Source: a virus
DNA length: 55,663 nt
Direction: 5' to 3' (one strand)
IMG/VR virus record: IMGVR_UViG_3300045988_174416
The notes under the pieces were generated by a model that was given only the letters and a program-made list of their open reading frames with translations, searched no databases and was not told where the DNA came from. Of the stretch, positions 1 through 7,957 are shown one piece after another. The translations under genes were made by a program, and so were the position numbers. How positions within the stretch are numbered: the first letter of the stretch is position 1; each line of letters begins with the position of its first letter.

Positions 1-557
1 GAAAATCAACCGATACTCAAACAATATTCGGAAACGGACACTATACAGGCGGCTCCTTAAAGTCATCAGGAGCAAGAAATGCTAATGGATTATTCTATGG
101 CACAACTGCCTCTGAAACAGTCAAAGTATTCGGTATTGAAAACTTTTATGGCAATTTGTGGAAAAGAATTGTTGGCTGGATTATGGTCAATGGCGTTCAA
201 ATGATTAAATTAACAAGAGGAACTGCTGACGGCTCAACAGTTGACGAATATAATATGTCAGGTAGTGGCTATATTTCTCTTGGTTTAACACCGTCAGGCA
301 CAAGTGGGGGCTATATTTCAGCAGGGTCGCTTGTCGCTCCTTACGGATTTTTCCCTACACAAGCAAACGGCTCATCTTCAACATACTACACAGACGGTAT
401 GTGGTTTAATAACGGTATAACGGCAGCGGCTGTTGTCGGCTGTCATTGCGGCGCTGGCTTGATAGTCGGGGCTTTCGCTACGTCTTTGAACTATGCCCCC
501 TCGAATGCGTACTGGAGCATCGGGTCGTCCCTTTCTTGTAAACCACCTTTACAATAG
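1..557 (+). CDS. Tail fiber / receptor-binding protein, C-terminal part. It continues the ORF that begins at 53517 and runs through the circular junction, and it is the DGR target (VR at its 3' end).
   Basis: Reading frame is preserved across the junction (55608 is divisible by 3). The ORF-track entry 156..557 is the tail of the same frame. It ends ...GCHCGAGLIVGAFATSLNYAPSNAYWSIGSSLSCKPPLQ, where the variable codons lie. Confidence 0.8.
   Translation, partial: KSTDTQTIFGNGHYTGGSLKSSGARNANGLFYGTTASETVKVFGIENFYGNLWKRIVGWIMVNGVQMIKLTRGTADGSTVDEYNMSGSGYISLGLTPSGTSGGYISAGSLVAPYGFFPTQANGSSSTYYTDGMWFNNGITAAAVVGCHCGAGLIVGAFATSLNYAPSNAYWSIGSSLSCKPPLQ
420..540 (+). repeat. DGR variable repeat (VR)
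   Basis: A 121-bp near-copy of 702-822. It differs from it at 14 positions, 13 of which are adenines in the other copy. It lies in frame at the 3' end of the fiber gene. Confidence 0.9.
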
Positions 558-563
558 GGGGAA

Positions 564-583
564 CAGGGGGACTTGTCCCCCTG
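564..583 (+). other. GC-rich stem-loop 7 nt downstream of the fiber stop codon (cagggggac-tt-gtccccctg), a DGR target-recognition hairpin candidate.
   Basis: Perfect 9-nt inverted repeat read directly from the sequence. A GC-rich hairpin in the same position is known for the BPP-1 DGR. Confidence 0.6.
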
Positions 584-701
584 AAACAAAAACCGCACCA
601 CACAAGCGTTTCGGATATAAAAGTTGCAAAAGATACGGACATGTGATACTATATTTTTGTTCGTATCTTGACAACTTTATAAGATTTCAGGGATTTGGAG
701 T

Positions 702-822
702 ACGGCAGCGGCTCATGTCGGCAGTAATTGCAACAATGGCTTGATAGTCGGGGCTTTCGCTACGAATTTGAACAATGCCCCCTCGAATGCGAACTGGAAC
801 ATCGGGTCGTCCCTATCTTGTA
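702..822 (+). repeat. DGR template repeat (TR)
   Basis: Noncoding copy of the VR. It is rich in in-frame-equivalent AAC/AAT triplets, and the A positions are substituted in the VR. It sits between the target gene and the RT. Confidence 0.9.
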
Positions 823-986
823 GAAATTTCCTTATGAACATATAAAATCGTATATATATCGTTTCGTTATATATAACTTTCAAATGTATTCCATATTCCT
901 TACCACTTGGTAAAAATTAGGCTGACAAAGGCGTGGGTTAGTAGGCAACGAAAATCTGCGAGGCTACAAGAAAAACAGAGGGCAAT

Positions 987-2204
987 GTGAGGACTTATAA
1001 ACATCAATTTGAAAAAGTCATTGAATACGGAAATCTTGCAAAAGCCATAAATCGCTCCTCACTGCGAAAAAGGGATAGGGACGATGTATATGATGTATTT
1101 CTTAACCCTGATAAACATATTAAAAAGATTACAAAACAATTACTTGAGCAGACTTGGAAACCTCGCAAACATAGAGCAGAGGTTATAAATGACGGAATAA
1201 CACAAAAGAAAAGGCTTATTATACGCCCTGACTTTTGTTATGAACAAGTTATTCATCATGCGGTTATTCAAGTTATGCAGCCAATATTCTACAAGGGTAT
1301 GTACGAATATTCTTGTGGCTCTATACCGGACAGAGGGGCTACGCTGGGACAAAAATACATAGAAAAATATATAAGAAAAAACAACATTTCAAATCCACCT
1401 AAAAATTGTAAATGGAATAAATCAAATATAAAATATGTCTTAAAATTAGACATTCATCATTTTTTCCAAAGTATAAACATAAATATTCTGAAACAAAAAT
1501 TTGCTAATAAAATCAAAGACGAGCGTATGTTGTGGCTCTTAAATACAATTTTGCAGTCTAACATCGTATCTTTTGAGGGGCAAGATGTTGATATAGGCTT
1601 GCCAATAGGATATTATACTTCTCAATGGTTTGCAAATTGGTATTTACAAGACCTTGACCACTTTATAAAAGAAAAATTGCACATTCGTTGTTATGTTCGA
1701 TACATGGACGATATGATTATGTTTGGCAAGAATAAAAAAGAGTTAAAGTGTTGCCTTGAGAAAATTAAAGAGTTTTTAAAAACATTAGATTTGGACATAA
1801 AAGGTAATTGGCAAATATTCAGATTTGATTATATAGATAAAAACGGCAAACGCAAGGGCAGACCTCTTGATTTTATAGGCTTTAAGTTCTACCGAGATAA
1901 AACAATATTGAGAAAACCTATTATGTATAAAGCGACACGAAAAGCCTCAAAATTAGAGAAAAAAGAAAAATTGACTTGGTATGACGCATGCCAAGTCCTT
2001 TCGTATATGGGTTATTTCAAACATTCAGATACATGGCTAATCAGAGAAAAATATATTGCAAAGAAAATCAGCATAAAAGCCTGCAAATCGGTAATTAGCA
2101 AACATTCCAAATCGTTAAATTTGCAGAAAAAGCAAAATAGTGATAAGATTAAAGAAAAAGGGGAACAAAATGGCGATAACATTCAAAAGAGCAGAAAAGA
2201 TTAA
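987..2204 (+). CDS. DGR reverse transcriptase (GTG start)
   Basis: RT motifs: IRPDFCYEQVIHHAV, LKLDIHHFFQSI, GLPIGYYTSQWFANWYL (the DGR-typical I/LGxxxSQ in place of QGxxxSP), and YVRYMDDMIMFG (YxDD). RBS agaggg precedes the start. Confidence 0.9.
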   Translation: MRTYKHQFEKVIEYGNLAKAINRSSLRKRDRDDVYDVFLNPDKHIKKITKQLLEQTWKPRKHRAEVINDGITQKKRLIIRPDFCYEQVIHHAVIQVMQPIFYKGMYEYSCGSIPDRGATLGQKYIEKYIRKNNISNPPKNCKWNKSNIKYVLKLDIHHFFQSININILKQKFANKIKDERMLWLLNTILQSNIVSFEGQDVDIGLPIGYYTSQWFANWYLQDLDHFIKEKLHIRCYVRYMDDMIMFGKNKKELKCCLEKIKEFLKTLDLDIKGNWQIFRFDYIDKNGKRKGRPLDFIGFKFYRDKTILRKPIMYKATRKASKLEKKEKLTWYDACQVLSYMGYFKHSDTWLIREKYIAKKISIKACKSVISKHSKSLNLQKKQNSDKIKEKGEQNGDNIQKSRKD

Positions 2205-2706
2205 CGATAAACCTGAAAGAGTGGAAAAAGCACTTAATGGTTGGTATATTAGAAAAAGTTTTAAAAGTGAGGAAGTCGTTGACCCTCAAAATGAAGAAAT
2301 AAAAAACATTAAATATAGTTATGACGAGGCATTTTTGACCGATGATGAATATAATATATTCTTAATCGGACAAGAAATATCGGGGGAAAATTATAATTCT
2401 GACGCATATTTGAATTATAAAGCCGCTCTCGATAAACCTGTTATCTATCCTGAAAATGGTAATAAATACAAGCCTCTTTGGGTTAAAAATGCTCAAGGCG
2501 AGGACGGCGTATATATTGATTTTCTACAAAAGGGCGAAATGTTCCCTGAACTCATTTATCCTATTGCTATTTGGGACGCTACTGAAAATCCTGAAAAAAT
2601 AGTTAGCATGGATAAAGAGGCTTTTAAGGCTCTTGTTGGTTATCTTGGTAAAGTTCAAGAAAAATTATACACCGAGTATAAAATTGCCAAAGGGCAAGAA
2701 GAATAG
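2170..2706 (+). CDS. Hypothetical protein, translationally overlapping the RT 3' end. Not Avd-like.
   Basis: ATG at 2170 follows aaaggggaacaaa. 178 aa, acidic. No recognisable motifs. Confidence 0.5.
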   Translation: MAITFKRAEKINDKPERVEKALNGWYIRKSFKSEEVVDPQNEEIKNIKYSYDEAFLTDDEYNIFLIGQEISGENYNSDAYLNYKAALDKPVIYPENGNKYKPLWVKNAQGEDGVYIDFLQKGEMFPELIYPIAIWDATENPEKIVSMDKEAFKALVGYLGKVQEKLYTEYKIAKGQEE

Positions 2707-2717
2707 GAGCGTAATAT

Positions 2718-2948
2718 ATGAAAATACATAGAAAAGCACTTGAAGTATATAAATGGACACCTTTTTGGTTGGCTATTTGCTATCTTATGAATATCTATTT
2801 ATATCACTCAAATCAATGGCGTACTATGGCTCACTTGGTATTTTTCTTTGTATTTTTAATTCCTTACATTTTTGTAAATTGCATGGTTGTTCGCCATATT
2901 TACACAAAATGCAAAAGTAAAGAGAGGGACAATTACTATGAACTTTAA
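2718..2948 (+). CDS. Small membrane protein (2 predicted TM segments); holin/antiholin-like candidate
   Basis: Hydrophobic stretches WLAICYLMNIYLY and LVFFFVFLIPYIFV. RBS taggagcg. Immediately upstream of the holin. Confidence 0.45.
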   Translation: MKIHRKALEVYKWTPFWLAICYLMNIYLYHSNQWRTMAHLVFFFVFLIPYIFVNCMVVRHIYTKCKSKERDNYYEL

Positions 2949-3288
2949 GATAGAGGACTTAATACACTTTTTGATATTCGGCTTTTTGGGCTTGCTCGGT
3001 GGAACTGCCAAATATCTTAATACGCATAGCAGCAAATACAACCTTAAATCCTATACAAGCATGGTTGTTACCTCTGTTTTAGTTGCAATAATTGTATGTT
3101 TTATTGTTCTGCAAAAAACGGATAGTAGCGAATTTTTAATCGCAGTCGGCATTACTTCCGGTTATCTTGGTTCTCGTTTGTTTGATTTGCTTGCAGAATG
3201 GTTTTTAGATAATGTGGAAAAACTACTTAATAGACATAGCCATATAGGAGGCGATGACGATGTTGGGGACGATAGCAGCAGCGATTAA
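2938..3288 (+). CDS. Holin
   Basis: ATG at 2938 after agagaggg. Three hydrophobic segments (LIHFLIFGFLGLLGG, VVTSVLVAIIVCFIVL, FLIAVGITSGYLG) followed by a charged C-terminus DDDVGDDSSSD. Lies upstream of the endolysin. Confidence 0.6.
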   Translation: MNFKIEDLIHFLIFGFLGLLGGTAKYLNTHSSKYNLKSYTSMVVTSVLVAIIVCFIVLQKTDSSEFLIAVGITSGYLGSRLFDLLAEWFLDNVEKLLNRHSHIGGDDDVGDDSSSD

Positions 3289-3517
3289 GTCATTGTGCGA
3301 TATGCTTGCACAATTTGCAGAAACACAAAATACTGCCATTGAAAGACAGTCGGAAACGACAGTCAATAAGTCGTGCAAAAATTCGTCAAAAGCAATAAAA
3401 GCGGCTAACAAGGCTCTTGATATTGCTGCAAAATATATGGATAGTTTTGATAAAAAAGATTTCAAAGACTTTAGAAAATACAAAAAAGACTTTGATAACA
3501 ACATAGGGAGTAAATAA
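3260..3517 (+). CDS. Hypothetical helical protein in the lysis cassette
   Basis: GGAGG at 3247-3251 with 8-nt spacing to ATG 3260. Lies between holin and endolysin. Confidence 0.4.
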   Translation: MLGTIAAAIKSLCDMLAQFAETQNTAIERQSETTVNKSCKNSSKAIKAANKALDIAAKYMDSFDKKDFKDFRKYKKDFDNNIGSK

Positions 3518-4152
3518 TGAAAGAATTTGGCAAAGCATTTGGAGAGGCTGCTTACAAGGTGGCAAGCAAAATGGGAGGCACAAAATCGCAAGGTAAATGT
3601 GCGTTAGCCGTTGGGGACGCTCTCTCTATGGTCATGGGGGAACAAGTTGCAAAGCAATATCGTGGTAATGCTTGGACATGGATTTCAAAAGTCAAAATGT
3701 CTAATTTATGGCGTTTTCTTAAACAGTCTAAAGATACTACAAATCTGCCTGCTGGGTCGCTTGTAATTTGGAACAAACAACCCACCCACCCTTACGGACA
3801 TATTGAAGTTGCAGACGGCAACGGACACCTTTGCTCTGATTTTATTCGCTCTGACAAATTGGCTTTATATAGAAATAATCCTGATAATATTATTCCTTTA
3901 CTTTTTGTACCTGCTGAACTTCAACTACAAAATGTCGGCGATAACCTGCCTGCAAAGGTTAGAGTTATCGCCTCTGTTTTAAATATTAGAGAACATGCAG
4001 GAATGGACGCAAAAATTGTCGGACAGTATAAAAAGGGCGATATAGTTACTATTTGGGCTATCGAAACCAAGTGTACTACTCAATGGGGCAAAAACTCAAA
4101 AGGATTTTTCTGCCTGTTTAATGAAAGAGAGAGTTTTGTAGAACATGTTTGA
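3517..4152 (+). CDS. Endolysin: CHAP-type peptidase/amidase domain plus C-terminal SH3b-like cell-wall-binding domain
   Basis: Cys/His motifs GKCALAVGDAL ... HPYGHIEVADGNGH. C-terminal region KVRVIASVLNIREHAGMDAKIVGQYKKGDIVTIWAIE is SH3b-like. Confidence 0.6.
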   Translation: MKEFGKAFGEAAYKVASKMGGTKSQGKCALAVGDALSMVMGEQVAKQYRGNAWTWISKVKMSNLWRFLKQSKDTTNLPAGSLVIWNKQPTHPYGHIEVADGNGHLCSDFIRSDKLALYRNNPDNIIPLLFVPAELQLQNVGDNLPAKVRVIASVLNIREHAGMDAKIVGQYKKGDIVTIWAIETKCTTQWGKNSKGFFCLFNERESFVEHV

Positions 4153-4291
4153 TTTTGTTTGTAAAAAATGTGGCGAAATTCAAAAACCACAAAAAGAGGG
4201 CGAAAAATTTAATAGTTTTGGTACGACTTGCCAAAAGTGCGGAGGCGAGTTAAAAATACAAGTGCGAAAGCAAGAGAGGGCAAAGAAATGA
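4145..4291 (+). CDS. Small zinc-ribbon protein (48 aa; CxxC...CxxC)
   Basis: MFDFVCKKCGEIQKPQ...TTCQKCGGELK. Overlaps the endolysin stop. Below the ORF-track length cutoff. Confidence 0.4.
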   Translation: MFDFVCKKCGEIQKPQKEGEKFNSFGTTCQKCGGELKIQVRKQERAKK

Positions 4292-4503
4292 TTTTATCAG
4301 CAAAATTAAAGGCACAAGTTAAAACACTTCTGATTAAACTAATCAGAGGCAAGAAAACAAGCATTATTGGAATGAAAGAGAAAGCGTATGATTATGTAAG
4401 AGAACGCCTGCCAAAATGGCTTGTATTTATTTTTGACGGATATATTCGCAACAAAATTGATACTTTATTTATGGAGGCTTTGGCAAGTGTTAAATGTGAT
4501 TAA
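4288..4503 (+). CDS. Hypothetical protein (72 aa)
   Basis: ATGA overlap with the preceding ORF. Confidence 0.35.
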   Translation: MILSAKLKAQVKTLLIKLIRGKKTSIIGMKEKAYDYVRERLPKWLVFIFDGYIRNKIDTLFMEALASVKCD

Positions 4504-5071
4504 ACCTTTAACTTATAAAAGCCGTTTGCAACAAATAGGGGACGGTAACAAGTTCATTCTTGAGGATAATGAGGTTTTTGCAACACATGCAGGTATAATA
4601 TTTGCACCTCGTTATACCTTTACCGACAATATTACTTTTATAAACAATACTTTTGTTGATGTCAGAGCCAGCCACATTCATGATATAGGTTGTGCCACTC
4701 ATAAATTGCTTATATCAAATTTAACCGAGCAAGACTTAATTGAGAGAGGCTTGCTTTATCTGAATGAAAAAGCGACCGAGAGAGAGTGCCGATTTCTTGA
4801 AACACTTAAAAAGGCTGGTAGATATAACGGAAATACCGATGTTTCGGTTTATGTTTGTGATGACATTCCACAAGAATATATCGAAACGATAGATGTCAGT
4901 TTTTCTGAAAACAACCGACTATTTAAGGAAATGTTGAAAACAACCGGAGTAAGTAACTTTATGGCAAATGCAATGGGTAGTGCCGTATATTTGAATATTG
5001 GCTGGGCTACAAAAACCATTAAACCTATGCTCGACATAGACAGGTTGTTTAAAGATATTTTGATTACATAA
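4487..5071 (+). CDS. Hypothetical protein (GTG start after GGAGG)
   Basis: GGAGG at 4473-4477, 9 nt upstream of an in-frame GTG at 4487. The N-terminus of ORF-track entry 4421.. looks like frame noise. Confidence 0.45.
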   Translation: MLNVIKPLTYKSRLQQIGDGNKFILEDNEVFATHAGIIFAPRYTFTDNITFINNTFVDVRASHIHDIGCATHKLLISNLTEQDLIERGLLYLNEKATERECRFLETLKKAGRYNGNTDVSVYVCDDIPQEYIETIDVSFSENNRLFKEMLKTTGVSNFMANAMGSAVYLNIGWATKTIKPMLDIDRLFKDILIT

Positions 5072-5085
5072 GAGAGGAAACGCCT

Positions 5086-5451
5086 ATGAGAACAGAGCCT
5101 ATTAAGCCACAACCTACTTTTGGTGGCTACAATTCCGTACTTAAAACCTTATATAAAAAGGGTAAATTACCACAAGTTAAAAAGGGTTTTTATGGCGACA
5201 GGCTCACTAAAGATAATTGTAGTCTTGAACATTTACTTTGCAGAGAGCAAGGAGGCACAACCGACCTATCAAACCTTGTTTTAGCAAGCAAGCGTAAAAA
5301 CAATGCAAGAGGCAATAAACCCTTAAAGGATTTTATCAACTTAAAGGCTATGGCTGATTACCTAACTCAATTTAAAGGTATAAGGCGAAAAGGTTTTAAT
5401 GGCGATAAGTACATAAAATCTATATTACAGACGGTTTCTGACTTATTATAA
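5086..5451 (+). CDS. HNH endonuclease
   Basis: CSLEHLLCREQGGTTDLSNLVLASKRKNNARGNKP matches the His-Me finger pattern (EH...GG...NL.L...N..RGN). RBS agagagga. Confidence 0.55.
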   Translation: MRTEPIKPQPTFGGYNSVLKTLYKKGKLPQVKKGFYGDRLTKDNCSLEHLLCREQGGTTDLSNLVLASKRKNNARGNKPLKDFINLKAMADYLTQFKGIRRKGFNGDKYIKSILQTVSDLL

Positions 5452-5520
5452 TTGACTTATTTTACATGCTTGATGTATAATTAAGTCGTTAAATCTTTTT
5501 CATTTTGAAAAAACGCTCGG

Positions 5521-5550
5521 AGTGCTGCCTTTGGTGGCACTTTCATTTTA
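5521..5550. terminator. Bidirectional intrinsic terminator candidate
   Basis: agtgctgcc-ttt-ggtggcact forms a 9-bp stem (2 G-U pairs) flanked by an A-run upstream and a U-run downstream. Lies between the convergent + and - operons. Confidence 0.45.
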
Positions 5551-5618
5551 AGGCTATTAGGAGGCGTTTTAAGAGGGGTTATATAGTCTAATGATAAAAT
5601 ATACCTAAAGACATAAAA

Positions 5619-5650
5619 AGTCCCCAAACTTTTTAATTTCGCTGGGGAAT
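5619..5650 (-). terminator. Terminator candidate at the end of the minus-strand operon
   Basis: tcccca...tgggga stem with a long loop, followed on the minus strand by ACTTTTTAT. Confidence 0.3.
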
Positions 5651-5686
5651 TTAATCAATTTATAATAATCCAATAAGGTAAATGTT

Positions 5687-5917
5687 TTAACTATCCTTTT
5701 TCTCTCTTTTTTCAAATTTCAAAATTTTGGCAGTCGGCTTGACAATATGAATAATATCGCCCACATATTTTGTAGGTAAATCAGCAGCAAAACAGTCGCC
5801 AGCGTCAAAATATTCACAGTCAACACAATAATCTTCCGGCATATTTTTACCTATTGGCAATATTTCGTTTCTCTTTTTGCAGTAAGGTTTCTTCATAGTC
5901 ATAACAATACTCGCCAT
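5687..5917 (-). CDS. Small Cys-rich hypothetical protein
   Basis: ORF with CVDCEYFDAGDC. Last gene of the minus block. Confidence 0.35.
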   Translation of the reverse strand: MASIVMTMKKPYCKKRNEILPIGKNMPEDYCVDCEYFDAGDCFAADLPTKYVGDIIHIVKPTAKILKFEKREKKDS

Positions 5918-6018
5918 AATATATTACACATCTTTTGCAATTTTTGCAAGTTTTATTTAAGTTATAGTTTTTAGTGTAATTATTACACCTATAAATATTT
6001 TGAATTGGTCGTCCCATA

Positions 6019-6255
6019 TTACCACTCAATTTTATCTATTTCATCTTGCGTACAATGTCTAACAAATTCCGTCTTGCCTGTATTATCGTTATGTTTACCC
6101 CAAAAGTATGTTTTATATTCGCCCTGCAAAATTTTCAAGTCGTCTTTTGTTGTAGGATATTGACCCATGACAGTACGATTTTCGTTATAAATTAAACACA
6201 AATCATCGCCAAAAACGGCTCTTTGTAGTTTAAAGATTTCGGTCGCTTTGCTCAT
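6019..6255 (-). CDS. Hypothetical protein
   Basis: ORF; 4-nt overlap with the neighbouring gene. Confidence 0.4.
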   Translation of the reverse strand: MSKATEIFKLQRAVFGDDLCLIYNENRTVMGQYPTTKDDLKILQGEYKTYFWGKHNDNTGKTEFVRHCTQDEIDKIEW

Positions 6256-6859
6256 TTTTATTTACCTCATATTGTTGTGTAATCAAAGCCCTCGCCTCTC
6301 TAACTTTATCAGCAATAATTTTTAACCGTTGCTCTGCCGATGTTTCGCTGCCGTCCTCGTTTTTGACAATGGCAAAACCAAACAACTCTGCTGATTTTAA
6401 GATTTGCTCAACATTTTGCATAAGTGCATTGTAAGTATCAAGATTTTTGCGGTTTAGTTTGAACAATAACCTATCAATATCCTGCTTTTCCAGCACTTCG
6501 CCAAAATGATTAAGGCACTTAAAGCACATCTGAATATCGTCCCACTTTTTGCGTTCTTGTAAAAATTCAACGATTAAATTGTAGTATTTTCGGTTTTTCT
6601 TTTTATAAAAATCAAAATTAGCCTTAATAACTCGCCAATACGGCATGTCTTGATGTTTTATAGTATCACGATTTATAATTGCAATACCTGTCTTTTCGCT
6701 GCCGCCTGTCAATGTTAGCGAGCCGTCTTTTTCCAAAATAACCATTTCATACTTTGGGTTATTTGGATTTTTAACCGAGTGCTTTTCAATATATTTCATT
6801 CTTGCCTTGTAGGCTTTTTCTTGTTCCGGTGTTAGTTTTATAGGTGTCTGTTCTTGCAT
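6230..6859 (-). CDS. Hypothetical protein (209 aa)
   Basis: ORF, tightly packed in the operon. Confidence 0.5.
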   Translation of the reverse strand: MQEQTPIKLTPEQEKAYKARMKYIEKHSVKNPNNPKYEMVILEKDGSLTLTGGSEKTGIAIINRDTIKHQDMPYWRVIKANFDFYKKKNRKYYNLIVEFLQERKKWDDIQMCFKCLNHFGEVLEKQDIDRLLFKLNRKNLDTYNALMQNVEQILKSAELFGFAIVKNEDGSETSAEQRLKIIADKVREARALITQQYEVNKNEQSDRNL

Positions 6860-7062
6860 TATGTTTGCTCCTTGTGTTTAAGTACGTTAGAATGGCGTTG
6901 ATAAGCATTGACAAGGGCTAATAATTCCTCATTAAAACTGTCAAAACATTTTTCGCATAAGTCAATTTTAATCTCAAAACCCTTATTATCACGCATACTT
7001 GATATTTCAGTTTTGCTATGGTTTTGTTCGGCAGGCTTGCCGCAGTTATCACATATTAACAT
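6859..7062 (-). CDS. Zinc-ribbon protein
   Basis: CDNCGKP...CEKCFDSF. Confidence 0.45.
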   Translation of the reverse strand: MLICDNCGKPAEQNHSKTEISSMRDNKGFEIKIDLCEKCFDSFNEELLALVNAYQRHSNVLKHKEQT

Positions 7063-7493
7063 ATTTTAATTCCCTTTTGTGCATAATATTTATCAGCATT
7101 TGTGTTTACTCTGCGATAAGTGTCAATAATACCTTTAACTTTTGACCCCTTTTTACTATGCTTTTGCAATTCATAAATACAAAGTTCTCTGAATTGTGCT
7201 GGGTCGCCAAAATCATCATTAAAATTAAGACATAAATCGCCTCTTAAGTGCCAATTATTCAAAAGTCTTGCAAGTTGTGGACGAGTACAATTTGGCATTT
7301 CCGTATAAAAAACAAGTGTATATCCGGCATTTTGATACTTGATAGCCTTTAATAAATCAGTCGGAAATGGCAAACATTCTGATAGGTGGGCTTGTAAATA
7401 ATCATTCAAATTATTGTTTGGGTTATTTTCTACCCACATCATGCCTCTTTTTAGAATTGGCACAATATCAAATAAAGCAGCCATATCTACCAT
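7056..7493 (-). CDS. Hypothetical protein (start taken at MVDMAAL; the ORF-track N-terminus is probably noise)
   Basis: The N-terminal 72 aa of the ORF-track entry are hydrophobic and overlap the upstream gene. Confidence 0.4.
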   Translation of the reverse strand: MVDMAALFDIVPILKRGMMWVENNPNNNLNDYLQAHLSECLPFPTDLLKAIKYQNAGYTLVFYTEMPNCTRPQLARLLNNWHLRGDLCLNFNDDFGDPAQFRELCIYELQKHSKKGSKVKGIIDTYRRVNTNADKYYAQKGIKIC

Positions 7494-7587
7494 AATAATT
7501 TCTCTTTTGCGTTTCCAGCGTAAATAGTCTGAAAAAAGCGTAACTATACAAAATACTGCTATTAAATCAAAAATTGTTTCTAAAATC

Positions 7588-7941
7588 TTAACTAATACGA
7601 CTGTCAACATTTCTAACCGTACCCTTTCCAAAATATTGTAATTTATGTTTTTCAAGTCTTTTGCAATTTTCGCAATTAAAGGCAGTTCCACAAGTATTAC
7701 ACTTGCCACCTCCTGCTTTTGCGGTTTGCAAACCTATTTTGCCTAAATCGTCTTTATATTTTTCTCTCAATGCGTTATATTCGTCTTGCGAAATAATTTT
7801 ATCCTCAAAATCGTTAAATAAGGGAAAACCCTCGCCACAAGGAACACATACATATTCGCAACCTCTAATGACGAATGACGGCATTAAAATACTTCCGCAA
7901 TTAGGACATAATTTAACTTTTCGTGTGTCTGATTTTTTCAT
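7588..7941 (-). CDS. Zinc-finger protein (multiple CxxC pairs)
   Basis: CPNCGS...CVPCGEG...CNTCG...CENC. Confidence 0.45.
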   Translation of the reverse strand: MKKSDTRKVKLCPNCGSILMPSFVIRGCEYVCVPCGEGFPLFNDFEDKIISQDEYNALREKYKDDLGKIGLQTAKAGGGKCNTCGTAFNCENCKRLEKHKLQYFGKGTVRNVDSRIS

Positions 7942-7957
7942 TTGTTAAATCCTTTTC

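Noticed and set aside
493-744. 83-aa plus-strand ORF spanning VR end, hairpin and TR start
   Set aside because: It overlaps the fiber C-terminus in another frame and runs through noncoding DGR elements. It is probably not a gene. An Avd at this site was considered but not supported.
849-877. TA-alternating near-palindromes between TR and RT (cgtatatatatcg, gttatatataac) as a functional element
   Set aside because: gttatatataac is a true 12-bp palindrome. However, simple TA repeats commonly arise by chance in AT-rich spacers. Noted but not claimed.
1140-1352. Antisense 70-aa ORF inside the RT gene
   Set aside because: Embedded opposite a well-supported CDS.
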